Below are positions 7,258 to 14,797 of a DNA stretch of 35,386 bases, in pieces. Source of the stretch: Anaerolineae bacterium (GTDB lineage Bacteria; Chloroflexota; Limnocylindria; Limnocylindrales; CSP1-4); contig DATHSE010000297.1 in the NCBI GenBank assembly GCA_035464455.1, positions 1-35,386 on the forward strand, given 5' to 3'. Made by a program: the position numbers and the translations under genes. How positions within the stretch are numbered: the first letter of the stretch is position 1; the number at the start of each line of letters is the position of its first letter. The notes beneath the pieces are model-generated. The model was given only the letters and a program-made list of their open reading frames with translations. It was not told where the DNA came from and made no database searches.

Positions 7258-10200
7258 GCCCGAGGTGCGTGAGCGTCCGGGGTCGGTTCCGAGGCGTCGA
7301 GACGGTAACCGGCCAGCGCGGCGCGCCTCCGCAGCTCGGCAGCGGCGTCGAGCGCGCTCGGCATCCCCAGCAGGTCGTCACGCTCGGCGATGGCGTCGAT
7401 GAATTCGTCCCATGCCTCCTGCGACACGTAGGGCCGTTCCTGCCACTCGTTCCAGCCGGTGGCCTCACGCACTGCGGCAGACCCGAACCACGACAGCGGC
7501 AGTCCTTCCTGGTCTGCCGCTCTGAGCATCGCACCCGGTTCGACCGCGAGCAGCGCCCGCGTCAGCTCCACGGCTCGCCACGCCTGTGCGTCCCCGCTGC
7601 CGGAGCGTCGGGCCCGGTCGCCAACCGCGCCAGCTGCATCCCAGTCGTCGAAAGCCGCGGTGGTGCGGATCCGATCACCGCCGCAGGCAAGCTGACCGAT
7701 GGCATCGAAGATGACCCACCCGGCGACTGCCTGCGACAGCAGGCGTGGCCTCACCGAGCGGACGGAAGCGGCGAGGCGAAGCGTGTCGTGAGCGATGCTA
7801 ACGTGCGGGCGGTCGCTGCCGGCCAGGTCCGCCAGCCGATCCATGGCCGCGCTGAACTCGGCGCGCGCGGTGTCAGCACCCGCGTCCATCTCAGCCTCAC
7901 CGCTCGGGGGCGGCATGAAGGCTTCCTCGGCGACGCGGCTGGCGAACACCGCAGCCACGGCCTGCCTCATCGGCTCGTCCCGCATCCGGCGCAGGGCCAC
8001 GTGCGCATCTGGCACGCCGGCGAGCCCGAGTCGGGCGGCCAGCTCGGTCCAGCCGATGGCTCCGCTGTCGCTGACCTCCTCGAAGCCCAGGAACACGTGA
8101 CAGCCATAGCCGTCGAGCGAGAGTTCGAGGCCGTGCTGGCGCAGATCCCGCAGCTGACGCAGGTACTCGAGCCCGCTGCGCTGGTCGCGAAGGATGAGGA
8201 AGCCTTCGGGATCGTCGCCCAGGTGGAGCGCCTCAGCGACACCTGGGATGCGCACGTGGGCACGCGGATACCTGTTGAGGAAGACGACCAGCGAGCGTCG
8301 TTCGGGCGCACCGTGGGGGCCGCTGGGTGCGTCGTTGGTGTAGGCGAAGACGTCGGCCGTTGGGTGCTCGCCTTCGAAGGCCGTCAGCTGCCGGAAGCCC
8401 GCCGCTCCAGAGAAGCGCCAGCGCTCGTGCAGCAGCGGACTGATCTCCCGCCGATGGCGCTCGAGCAGACCCCCGTTCGGCCATTCGTCACGCTGCGGAC
8501 GGCGGAACTCCATGCCGTACTGCTCGCTGTAGCCTTCGAACTGACCGTGGCCGAACATGGGCAGACCGGGCAACGTCGCCAGCATGGTCGCCACACCGAA
8601 GTACTTGTCATGGCTACCGAACTGGTCGATGGCAGATCGTTCGTCGGGATTGTTCATGAAGTTCACGTAGCGGCCAAGGATGCGGGCATCGAACGCCACG
8701 GTCTCACGGATGACCTGCTGGTACTCGGCGTTCTTCTCGTCACGCAGCATGTGCATGAAGGCGCTGTTGTACACGCGGTGCATGCCCAGCGTGCGCACGA
8801 AGTAGCCCTCCATCAACCAGAAGGCCTCGGCCAGCAGCAGCGTGTCGGGCACCTCGACGGCCACCCGGTCCACCACCTCGCGCCAGAACTCCTGCGGCAT
8901 CAGGCGGCGCAACTCGTGGGCCGGCAGGGCGGCGGCCGATCGCGACGGGATGCCGGCTTCGTGGCCTGGCTGGGGATACCACAGGCGCTGGATGTGACGG
9001 CGTGCCAGCACCATGGCAGCGTCGAAACGGATGACCGAGAAGCGCCGGGCCACCTCGAGGATCTGGCCGATGACGGCCTCCCGCACGTCCGCATTGACGT
9101 AGTCGAGCTGGGCCGTGTCGTTCCAAGGGAAGCTGGTGCCGTCGTTGCCGTGGTAGATGTAGCGCACCTCGCCGCTGGCCTTGTCGATACGCTTGAAGAC
9201 CACGGCCGCGTCGGAGGAGTCCCAGTAATGGTCCTCCAGCTGGATGACCACCCGGTCGTCGGGGGAGAGGTCCTCGCCGCTGAAGGAGTAGGACTCGAAC
9301 GGCGGGTACGGCAGCGAGATGAACCGATCCGGATGCTGGACCACCCAATCCGAATCGATTCCCATGTGGTTGGGAACCATGTCGGCCGCGAGGCGGATGC
9401 CACGCGCGGCCGCGCGGTCACGCAGGTCGCGCCAGGCGTCGTCACCGCCCAGCTCATCGGCGATGCGGTAATCGGCCACCGAGTAGGCAGACGCCATGGC
9501 ATCCGCGTTGCCGCGCATCTGCTTGATACGTCGCGAGGCGTGGCTGCGCTCCCACAGGCCGATGAGCCAGAGACCGCTGAAGCCGCGAGCGCGCAGCTCA
9601 TCGAGCTCCTCGTCAGGCACGTGGTCGAGTCGGCTGATGTCGCGACCGTAGTCCCGGGACAGCTGCGAGAGCCAGACATACGTCGACTTCGCGACCAGCA
9701 CCAGCTCAGCCATCCAATCGCGGTCCTGGCTGAACGCCTCCGGCTCGTCGTCGAAGGCGCCGAAGCCGGCGAGCGCTGCGGGCTCGGCGCGCTCGCCACT
9801 GCCGGGGCCGCGGCGCGCGTTGAGCCAGGCGATGCGCTCGATCTCGTCCAGCACGGCCAGGTGGCGATCGATGTGGAGCAGATCGGCGTCGTCAAGCCAG
9901 CCCGCCCAGTGGACGCGGATCCAGCGCAGTTGGGCGCCGAGTGACTGCGGGGCGGCCACGATCGGCTCGAGCAGCCGGTCGAGCAGCGTGCGCGCCGGAG
10001 CCTTGCGCTCCAGGTCGGGATCGTCGGGGTCCAGGTCGGCACCAGACAGGCCATCGAGCAACTGCTTCTGCGCTGCCTCCGAGAGCGACGGATGCGAGGT
10101 GAGCTCTCGGTAGGCGGCAGCGGCAGGATTGCGCGCCGCGATGCTCGTGAGCGCCAGCTCCTCCAGCGCCGCTTCACGCCCGGGCACATCACCCTTGTCG

Positions 10201-10583
10201 CGTGCCAGCCAGGCATCGACATCGACCTCGTCGAGGTATACCGGGAGCGCCGGGAAGGTCCGCTCATAGGTCACCAGGCCGTCGTCCACGCCTGTCTGCC
10301 CGAGACGCGTGACGAGGGCGCCCAGGGCGCGAGCCAGGGGGCCACCACCGGCGGGGTCGCCGCGGCGCTCGACGGCCACGGCACGGTGCCCCAGCTCATG
10401 GATGAGCCCGATGGCTGCGATCTCCGAGGCGGCCCGGGCGCGGTCGGCATCCTTGCTGACGAACCGCTCCGCCAGCGAGAGCGCACGTGAGGCATCGAAG
10501 GCGATGGCATCGCCGTCGCTTGAGAACAGGCTGGCGTCGAAGCCGTAGCGGTCGCGCGCGACACGCGCGATGCGGAAGTCCAT
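7254..10583 (-). CDS. Large multidomain alpha-amylase-family (GH13) glycoside hydrolase
   Basis: GH13 conserved regions are present: I DMVPNH, II VIRFDAAMV (nucleophile Asp), III LLLAEAFW (acid/base Glu), IV FMNNPDE. About 330 aa N-terminal and about 400 aa C-terminal of the core are unassigned. ORF track start is GTG 10610. ATG 10583 (MDFRIARV) is preferred but uncertain. Confidence 0.85.
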   Translation of the reverse strand: MDFRIARVARDRYGFDASLFSSDGDAIAFDASRALSLAERFVSKDADRARAASEIAAIGLIHELGHRAVAVERRGDPAGGGPLARALGALVTRLGQTGVDDGLVTYERTFPALPVYLDEVDVDAWLARDKGDVPGREAALEELALTSIAARNPAAAAYRELTSHPSLSEAAQKQLLDGLSGADLDPDDPDLERKAPARTLLDRLLEPIVAAPQSLGAQLRWIRVHWAGWLDDADLLHIDRHLAVLDEIERIAWLNARRGPGSGERAEPAALAGFGAFDDEPEAFSQDRDWMAELVLVAKSTYVWLSQLSRDYGRDISRLDHVPDEELDELRARGFSGLWLIGLWERSHASRRIKQMRGNADAMASAYSVADYRIADELGGDDAWRDLRDRAAARGIRLAADMVPNHMGIDSDWVVQHPDRFISLPYPPFESYSFSGEDLSPDDRVVIQLEDHYWDSSDAAVVFKRIDKASGEVRYIYHGNDGTSFPWNDTAQLDYVNADVREAVIGQILEVARRFSVIRFDAAMVLARRHIQRLWYPQPGHEAGIPSRSAAALPAHELRRLMPQEFWREVVDRVAVEVPDTLLLAEAFWLMEGYFVRTLGMHRVYNSAFMHMLRDEKNAEYQQVIRETVAFDARILGRYVNFMNNPDERSAIDQFGSHDKYFGVATMLATLPGLPMFGHGQFEGYSEQYGMEFRRPQRDEWPNGGLLERHRREISPLLHERWRFSGAAGFRQLTAFEGEHPTADVFAYTNDAPSGPHGAPERRSLVVFLNRYPRAHVRIPGVAEALHLGDDPEGFLILRDQRSGLEYLRQLRDLRQHGLELSLDGYGCHVFLGFEEVSDSGAIGWTELAARLGLAGVPDAHVALRRMRDEPMRQAVAAVFASRVAEEAFMPPPSGEAEMDAGADTARAEFSAAMDRLADLAGSDRPHVSIAHDTLRLAASVRSVRPRLLSQAVAGWVIFDAIGQLACGGDRIRTTAAFDDWDAAGAVGDRARRSGSGDAQAWRAVELTRALLAVEPGAMLRAADQEGLPLSWFGSAAVREATGWNEWQERPYVSQEAWDEFIDAIAERDDLLGMPSALDAAAELRRRAALAGYRLDASEPTPDAHAPRA

Positions 10584-10667
10584 CAACAGCACGATACCAG
10601 CGGCGGACACCCCTGCGCCGAGCGCGTGACCGTGCGCCGGATGGGCACTGGCAGGCGAACAGCCAGC

Positions 10668-10973
10668 TCAGTCGCCCTGGTGGGCGCCACTGCGGATGGT
10701 GAAACCGACGAGATTGCCCCGCGCGGGCTCATGGCGGATAGCGACGTCCCTGACAGCGGCGCCAGGTGGACCCTCCCACAGCTGGAGCAGCAGTCCGCGA
10801 AGCGCATCCTCGTCGCCCTCGGCCACGACCTCCACCGACCCGTCGGCCTGGTTCGACACCCAACCCTCGAGCCCGAGCCGGGCAGCCTCGCGTTCCACGA
10901 ACCAGCGGAAGCCGACGCCCTGGACGGAACCCCGCACGCTGGCCACGAGGCGCTCCCTCCCGGACGGAGCCAT
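10668..10973 (-). CDS. acyP: Acylphosphatase
   Basis: Signatures VRGSVQGVGFRWF and GWVSNQADGSVEV. ATG 10973 overlaps the holB stop by 1 nt (TGATG). The ORF track start at 11012 would lie inside holB. Confidence 0.85.
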   Translation of the reverse strand: MAPSGRERLVASVRGSVQGVGFRWFVEREAARLGLEGWVSNQADGSVEVVAEGDEDALRGLLLQLWEGPPGAAVRDVAIRHEPARGNLVGFTIRSGAHQGD

Positions 10974-12088
10974 CAGGCCGCGCTCCGGCTCGTGGCACCG
11001 GACCGAGGCCATGTCAGCAGCAGCACGTCCAGTGTCAGCTCCGGGTTGGCATAACCCTCGACGGCGAGCATGAGCCGGTCGAGGCGGTCGAGGAACTGGC
11101 GCAGGCTTGACCCGTCGATCGCGCTTGCGAGTGCCATCAGCTCATCCAGCTGGTCCAGGTCCCGGACACCCCGGCCATGGCCATGGCCCGCGACCGCCAG
11201 GTCACGGCCCAGGTCACGCCAGACCTCGATGATGAGATGGACGGCTCGCCGCCGCTCCAGCGGCTGAAGCCGTTTGGCAGCGGGTGGCACCTCGCCGCGA
11301 AGGGCGGCGTCGACATCCGCAGCATCGGTCAGCAGGTCAGCCGCCACGCCGAGGCGCGTGCGACGGTCGGCGGTGACGAGGTCGAGCAAGGTGCGGCTGA
11401 TGCGGGCGCGCGCCAGCACCGCTTGCGGCTGGCTCGCCAGCCGGATGGCCAGACCGGGTCTGCCACCGGCGGCTATGGCCAATGCCCGGGACTGTGCAGG
11501 CTGGGCGTGGCCACCCTCGATCAGCATCTGGCTGAGCAGCTCGACCGGCAGCGTGGCCAGGCGCAGGCGGGCCGAGCGCGAGAGCACCGTCGGCAGCAGC
11601 GGAGCTGCGTCGTCGGCGCAGAGCAGGAGGCAGGTGGCAGGCCCGGGTTCCTCGAGGGTCTTGAGCAAAGCGTTCTGGGCATCGACGTTCATCCGCTGCG
11701 CTGCGGTGATCACGGCGATGCGGAAGCGGCCCTCCATGGCGGTAAGCGACAGGTCGGAGGCGAGCGCCTGGACCTGGCCGATCCGGATCTGCTCGCCGGC
11801 GCCTTCGGGCTCCAGGACGTGCAGATCAGGGTGGCCACCGCTCGCCACCCGGCGACACGCGCCGCAGTCACGGCAGGGACGCTGCGAGCTGTCGTCCGCC
11901 AGGCACAGCAGCCCGGCCGCCAGATCGAGCGCGAGGGTGGTCTTGCCGACGCCACGCGGTCCCACCAGCAGCAGGGCATGCGGTGGGTGTTCGCTACGTA
12001 CGGCACGCACGACGGCACGGACCGCTGCCGCGTGACCGCGGGTCAGGAACGTGCCGCCGGGCGCGCTGAGCTCGGCGGCATGGTCCAT
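10973..12088 (-). CDS. holB: DNA polymerase III delta-prime subunit (clamp-loader AAA+)
   Basis: Walker A GPRGVGKTT, Zn module CRDCGACRRV, sensor region ALLKTLEEPGP, SRC-like TVLSRSARL. The ORF track start at 12250 overlaps the upstream gene's tail. ATG 12088 (MDHAAEL) lies 10 nt after that gene's stop. Confidence 0.85.
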   Translation of the reverse strand: MDHAAELSAPGGTFLTRGHAAAVRAVVRAVRSEHPPHALLLVGPRGVGKTTLALDLAAGLLCLADDSSQRPCRDCGACRRVASGGHPDLHVLEPEGAGEQIRIGQVQALASDLSLTAMEGRFRIAVITAAQRMNVDAQNALLKTLEEPGPATCLLLCADDAAPLLPTVLSRSARLRLATLPVELLSQMLIEGGHAQPAQSRALAIAAGGRPGLAIRLASQPQAVLARARISRTLLDLVTADRRTRLGVAADLLTDAADVDAALRGEVPPAAKRLQPLERRRAVHLIIEVWRDLGRDLAVAGHGHGRGVRDLDQLDELMALASAIDGSSLRQFLDRLDRLMLAVEGYANPELTLDVLLLTWPRSGATSRSAA

Positions 12089-12098
12089 GCGTTGCGAC

Positions 12099-13721
12099 CT
12101 AGGCGTCGGCGTCGGCCTTGGGCGCTGCAGGCTTCCGGGTGGTGCGCTTGCGCGGGGGTGCCTTGGGCGCCTCGGCGGCTGCCTCCGGCTGGGCTGCCTG
12201 CTCGGCGGCTGCCTCCGGCTGGGCCGGCGCGCTGGCACGGCCCCGTCCATCGGGCAGCTGCCGCGTGGGCGCTTCGGGCTGCGCCTTGGCGGCGCCGGCC
12301 TCGCGTCGGGCTAGCTCGGCCTTCAGCAGCGCCTGCACCTCCGGCGGGACCTCGCTCCAGGGGTCGCCACCGGGCGTCTGCTCGATGGGATCCATGGAGC
12401 GGCTGAAACCACGTGGCGAGCTCGGCGGGCCGCTGCGGCTGCTGCGACCAGCGGGACCACGCGAGAAGCTCGGGCTGGAACCGACGCCGTAACGCTCGCG
12501 ATCGATAGCGGTGCGGTAGCCGCCTCCGCTGCGGCCACCGCGGGGGCTGCGGCCGCCGCGCGGGCCGCGGCCGCCGCGGCCTCCCTGTCGCTTCTCGGAC
12601 AGCAGGTACTCGGGGACCTCGGGCTCGTCCTCGAACTCCTCGTCGGCCGAGGCCGCGGGTGCCGAAGCCAGTGTCGGCGCCGTGTCGGCAGGGACGCCGA
12701 TCTGGCTGTCCCAGACCGAGCCGAAGCCGGAGTGCTGGGGCAGCGTTGGCACTTCGTCCGGCAGGACACCGGCCGCCATGGCTTCATCGTCGATCAGCTC
12801 ATCAGTGGGCTCATCGGTCGACTCCTCGACTTGGCCGCCGCGACCGCGACCGCGACCACCACGCCGGCGACGTCGGCGGCGCCCGCTACCTTCGTCTGAA
12901 GCATGCTCCTCGCTCGAAGCGACGACCTCGGCGACATCGGGCTCGGGCACAGCCACGGGCTCGGGCTCGGGCGCCGCGCCTCGACGTGAGAGCTTCTCGC
13001 CCGGCAGGGCCACCAAGGCAGCCGCCGATCTGTCGGCAGCGACGGCGGGCAGCGCCTCGGGCTCGACTGCGGGGGTGGCGAGGTCGGCTCGACTGGTGCG
13101 ACGACGCCGGACGCCACGCTCGGGCCGGTCTGCCCTGTCGTCGGCGGCGCGGCGGCGGCGCGGGATCACGCCCGACTCCTTGTCGGGCACCGCGGTCATG
13201 GAGAGATCGCCTTCAGCGGCGACACGCCGGCCGCTGCGCACACCCTTCTCGACCTTGGCGATGTTGGTGATGTCGATGAAGACGTCGGCGACGTCGATGA
13301 GGTCGCTGCTGGTGTTGCCACGGAAGCTGACCACTTCGACTCGCACGCCCATCTGCTGCACGGCGGCGATGGCGGGGGCGAAGTCCCCGTCGCCCGAGAC
13401 GACGACGGCGATGTCCAGCTTCTCGCCCATCCGCATCAGGTCCACGACGAGCTCGATGTCGAGGTTCGCCTTGATCCTGCCATCGCCGTACTTGCGGATG
13501 TCCTTGCTCACGACCTTGTAGCCGCTGCGAGCCAGGAAGGCATGGAACTGGCGCTGGTTCTCGTTGTCCGGATCGAGCCCGGTATAGGCATAGGCGCGCA
13601 CGAAGTCACGACCCGCCGTCGCCGACTTCAGGAGGGTGACATAGTCGATGTCGATGCCAGCGGCCTTTGCCGCGTAAAAGATGTTCGCGACGTCAACGAA
13701 GACGGCGACGTTCTTGCTCAC
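12099..13721 (-). CDS. NYN (LabA-like, PIN-fold) domain protein with a long Arg/Gly/Pro/Glu-rich disordered C-terminal region
   Basis: The N-terminus carries VAVFVDVANIFY, DIELVVDLM and VVVSGDGDFAPAI, which are typical of NYN/LabA. The remaining ~365 aa are low complexity (RRRRRRRGGRGRGRGG; GGRGGRGPRGGRSPRGGRSGGGYR). GTG 13721 is preceded by AGGAG (13732-13728). ATG 13775 from the ORF track is the alternative start. Confidence 0.8.
   Translation of the reverse strand: MSKNVAVFVDVANIFYAAKAAGIDIDYVTLLKSATAGRDFVRAYAYTGLDPDNENQRQFHAFLARSGYKVVSKDIRKYGDGRIKANLDIELVVDLMRMGEKLDIAVVVSGDGDFAPAIAAVQQMGVRVEVVSFRGNTSSDLIDVADVFIDITNIAKVEKGVRSGRRVAAEGDLSMTAVPDKESGVIPRRRRAADDRADRPERGVRRRRTSRADLATPAVEPEALPAVAADRSAAALVALPGEKLSRRGAAPEPEPVAVPEPDVAEVVASSEEHASDEGSGRRRRRRRGGRGRGRGGQVEESTDEPTDELIDDEAMAAGVLPDEVPTLPQHSGFGSVWDSQIGVPADTAPTLASAPAASADEEFEDEPEVPEYLLSEKRQGGRGGRGPRGGRSPRGGRSGGGYRTAIDRERYGVGSSPSFSRGPAGRSSRSGPPSSPRGFSRSMDPIEQTPGGDPWSEVPPEVQALLKAELARREAGAAKAQPEAPTRQLPDGRGRASAPAQPEAAAEQAAQPEAAAEAPKAPPRKRTTRKPAAPKADADA
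12171..12230 (-). repeat. 30-bp in-frame tandem duplication in the NYN-protein tail
   Basis: ctcggcggctgcctccggctgggc occurs at 12171-12194 and again at 12201-12224. It encodes the repeated AQPEAAAE. Confidence 0.8.
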
Positions 13722-14039
13722 GCAGGACTCCTGTGTGGGGCGAGCCGCGCCGGGCGGCTCTGCGGGGCTGGACACGGCGAGCGACGGGCGCGGTCAAGGG
13801 CATAGCCCGGCGCGCATCTCGGCGTTCGTGTCCGATCGTTGCTGATGTGTCGGTCTCCTGCTGACGACCGGGCCCACGCGGGCTCCGCCGGCGTCTGATC
13901 ACGACTGGTAGCGTCCCCAACTCAACGTGACCTCTCGCCCACGGGGCGGCGGGCCGGTCCTCGAGCGCGCCGCACCGGGTGATCGCAGGACCACGAAATC
14001 GGGTCACTGTCCGCACGCGCCCGGGGCGCTCGGGGCGTC

Positions 14040-14067
14040 TTGCATTAGAAACGCCGAGAGCTATGAT
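14040..14067 (+). promoter_or_regulatory. Candidate sigma-70-type promoter
   Basis: TTGCAT (14040-14045), a 16-nt spacer, then TATGAT (14062-14067). It is an AT-richer island in a GC-rich gap, about 165 nt upstream of the mini-lipoprotein ATG. Confidence 0.5.
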
Positions 14068-14233
14068 ACTCCAGGTGCGCTTGCCGTGAGCGTGTCCCTT
14101 TCGGGTGGGTGCCACCGCCCAGTTCTGACTCGACCAAGCTGCCTGTGCCGTGGGAGCAGTCGTCAGAGCAGGCTTGTCCATCCACCGGCGCTCGCCGGTG
14201 CACCGTCGTAGATCCAAGGAGGATCCCAGAACC

Positions 14234-14371
14234 ATGCAGCTCAAGCGCATCGCCGGCCTGCTGGCCGCACTCGTCTTCGCCTTGGCCGTCGTCGCCTGTG
14301 ACGGCGATGGTGACGCCACCGCAGCTCCGGCGGACTCGCCGGCGGTCGCCACCGAGGCTCCGGCGGAGTAG
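14234..14371 (+). CDS. Small (45 aa) acidic lipoprotein, hypothetical
   Basis: AAGGAGGA lies 8-9 nt before ATG 14234. The signal peptide MQLKRIAGLLAALVFALAVVAC ends in a lipobox-like VVAC. The predicted mature part is CDGDGDATAAPADSPAVATEAPAE. The gene is flanked by its own promoter-like and terminator-like elements. Confidence 0.5.
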   Translation: MQLKRIAGLLAALVFALAVVACDGDGDATAAPADSPAVATEAPAE

Positions 14372-14408
14372 CCCAAGCGGCCGGCGAGTTGCCGGCTGCC
14401 ACAGATCA

Positions 14409-14442
14409 GGGAACGGTCGGGGTGCGTGCCCCGACCGTTCCC
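14409..14442 (+). terminator. Perfect 14-bp stem-loop (candidate intrinsic terminator)
   Basis: gggaacggtcgggg (14409-14422), loop tgcgtg, then ccccgaccgttccc (14429-14442). It lies 38 nt after the mini-lipoprotein stop. No U-tract follows. Confidence 0.5.
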
Positions 14443-14569
14443 GTTCCAGGGCATGGCACGGGCGTTGGTGGTGCGTCGAGGCACCGCTAGCGCGGAAAGC
14501 CGGCGCGAACGCGAGGCCTCCACGGGGAACAGACGCTGCCCGTAACCGATGCGCTGCTGCAACGTGACC

Positions 14570-14597
14570 TTGCACGCGCCGTCTACCCGTCTAGAAT
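14570..14597 (+). promoter_or_regulatory. Candidate sigma-70-type promoter of the liv-type operon
   Basis: TTGCAC (14570-14575), a 16-nt spacer, then TAGAAT (14592-14597). This implies a 5' leader of about 195 nt before ATG 14798. Confidence 0.5.
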
Positions 14598-14797
14598 GTC
14601 GCCACGCTTGAGCGGCGGTGGCCGCTGTGTGGGGACGTTCCGCATGGACGACAGCGGGCGACCGGGAGGCGTGGTGACACCCACCGGGAGCCCTTGGCGA
14701 CCTATTGGGTCACGGCTCTCATCGCAGCGACACAGCCGGACATGAGGTCGGCTCCATCCAGGGGCGGCCGTCATACCGTAGGAGGAGAACCCGGAAC

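Noticed and set aside
7269-9944. 891-aa plus-strand ORF opposite the GH13 gene
   Set aside because: It is a shadow ORF. The minus-strand frame carries all four GH13 catalytic regions, whereas the plus-strand product is low-complexity (R/G/A/V/H).
10250-10400. HExxH (LIHELGHRA) in the GH13 N-terminal region, considered as a metalloprotease active site
   Set aside because: A single five-residue match without the surrounding zincin context has a high chance expectation in a 1100-aa protein. It is mentioned only as something to check.
12089-12250. N-terminal extension of the holB ORF (PSRRQPPSRQPSRRQPP...)
   Set aside because: It overlaps the 3' end of the NYN gene in another frame and merely mirrors that gene's repeat. 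Delta-prime homology begins after ATG 12088.
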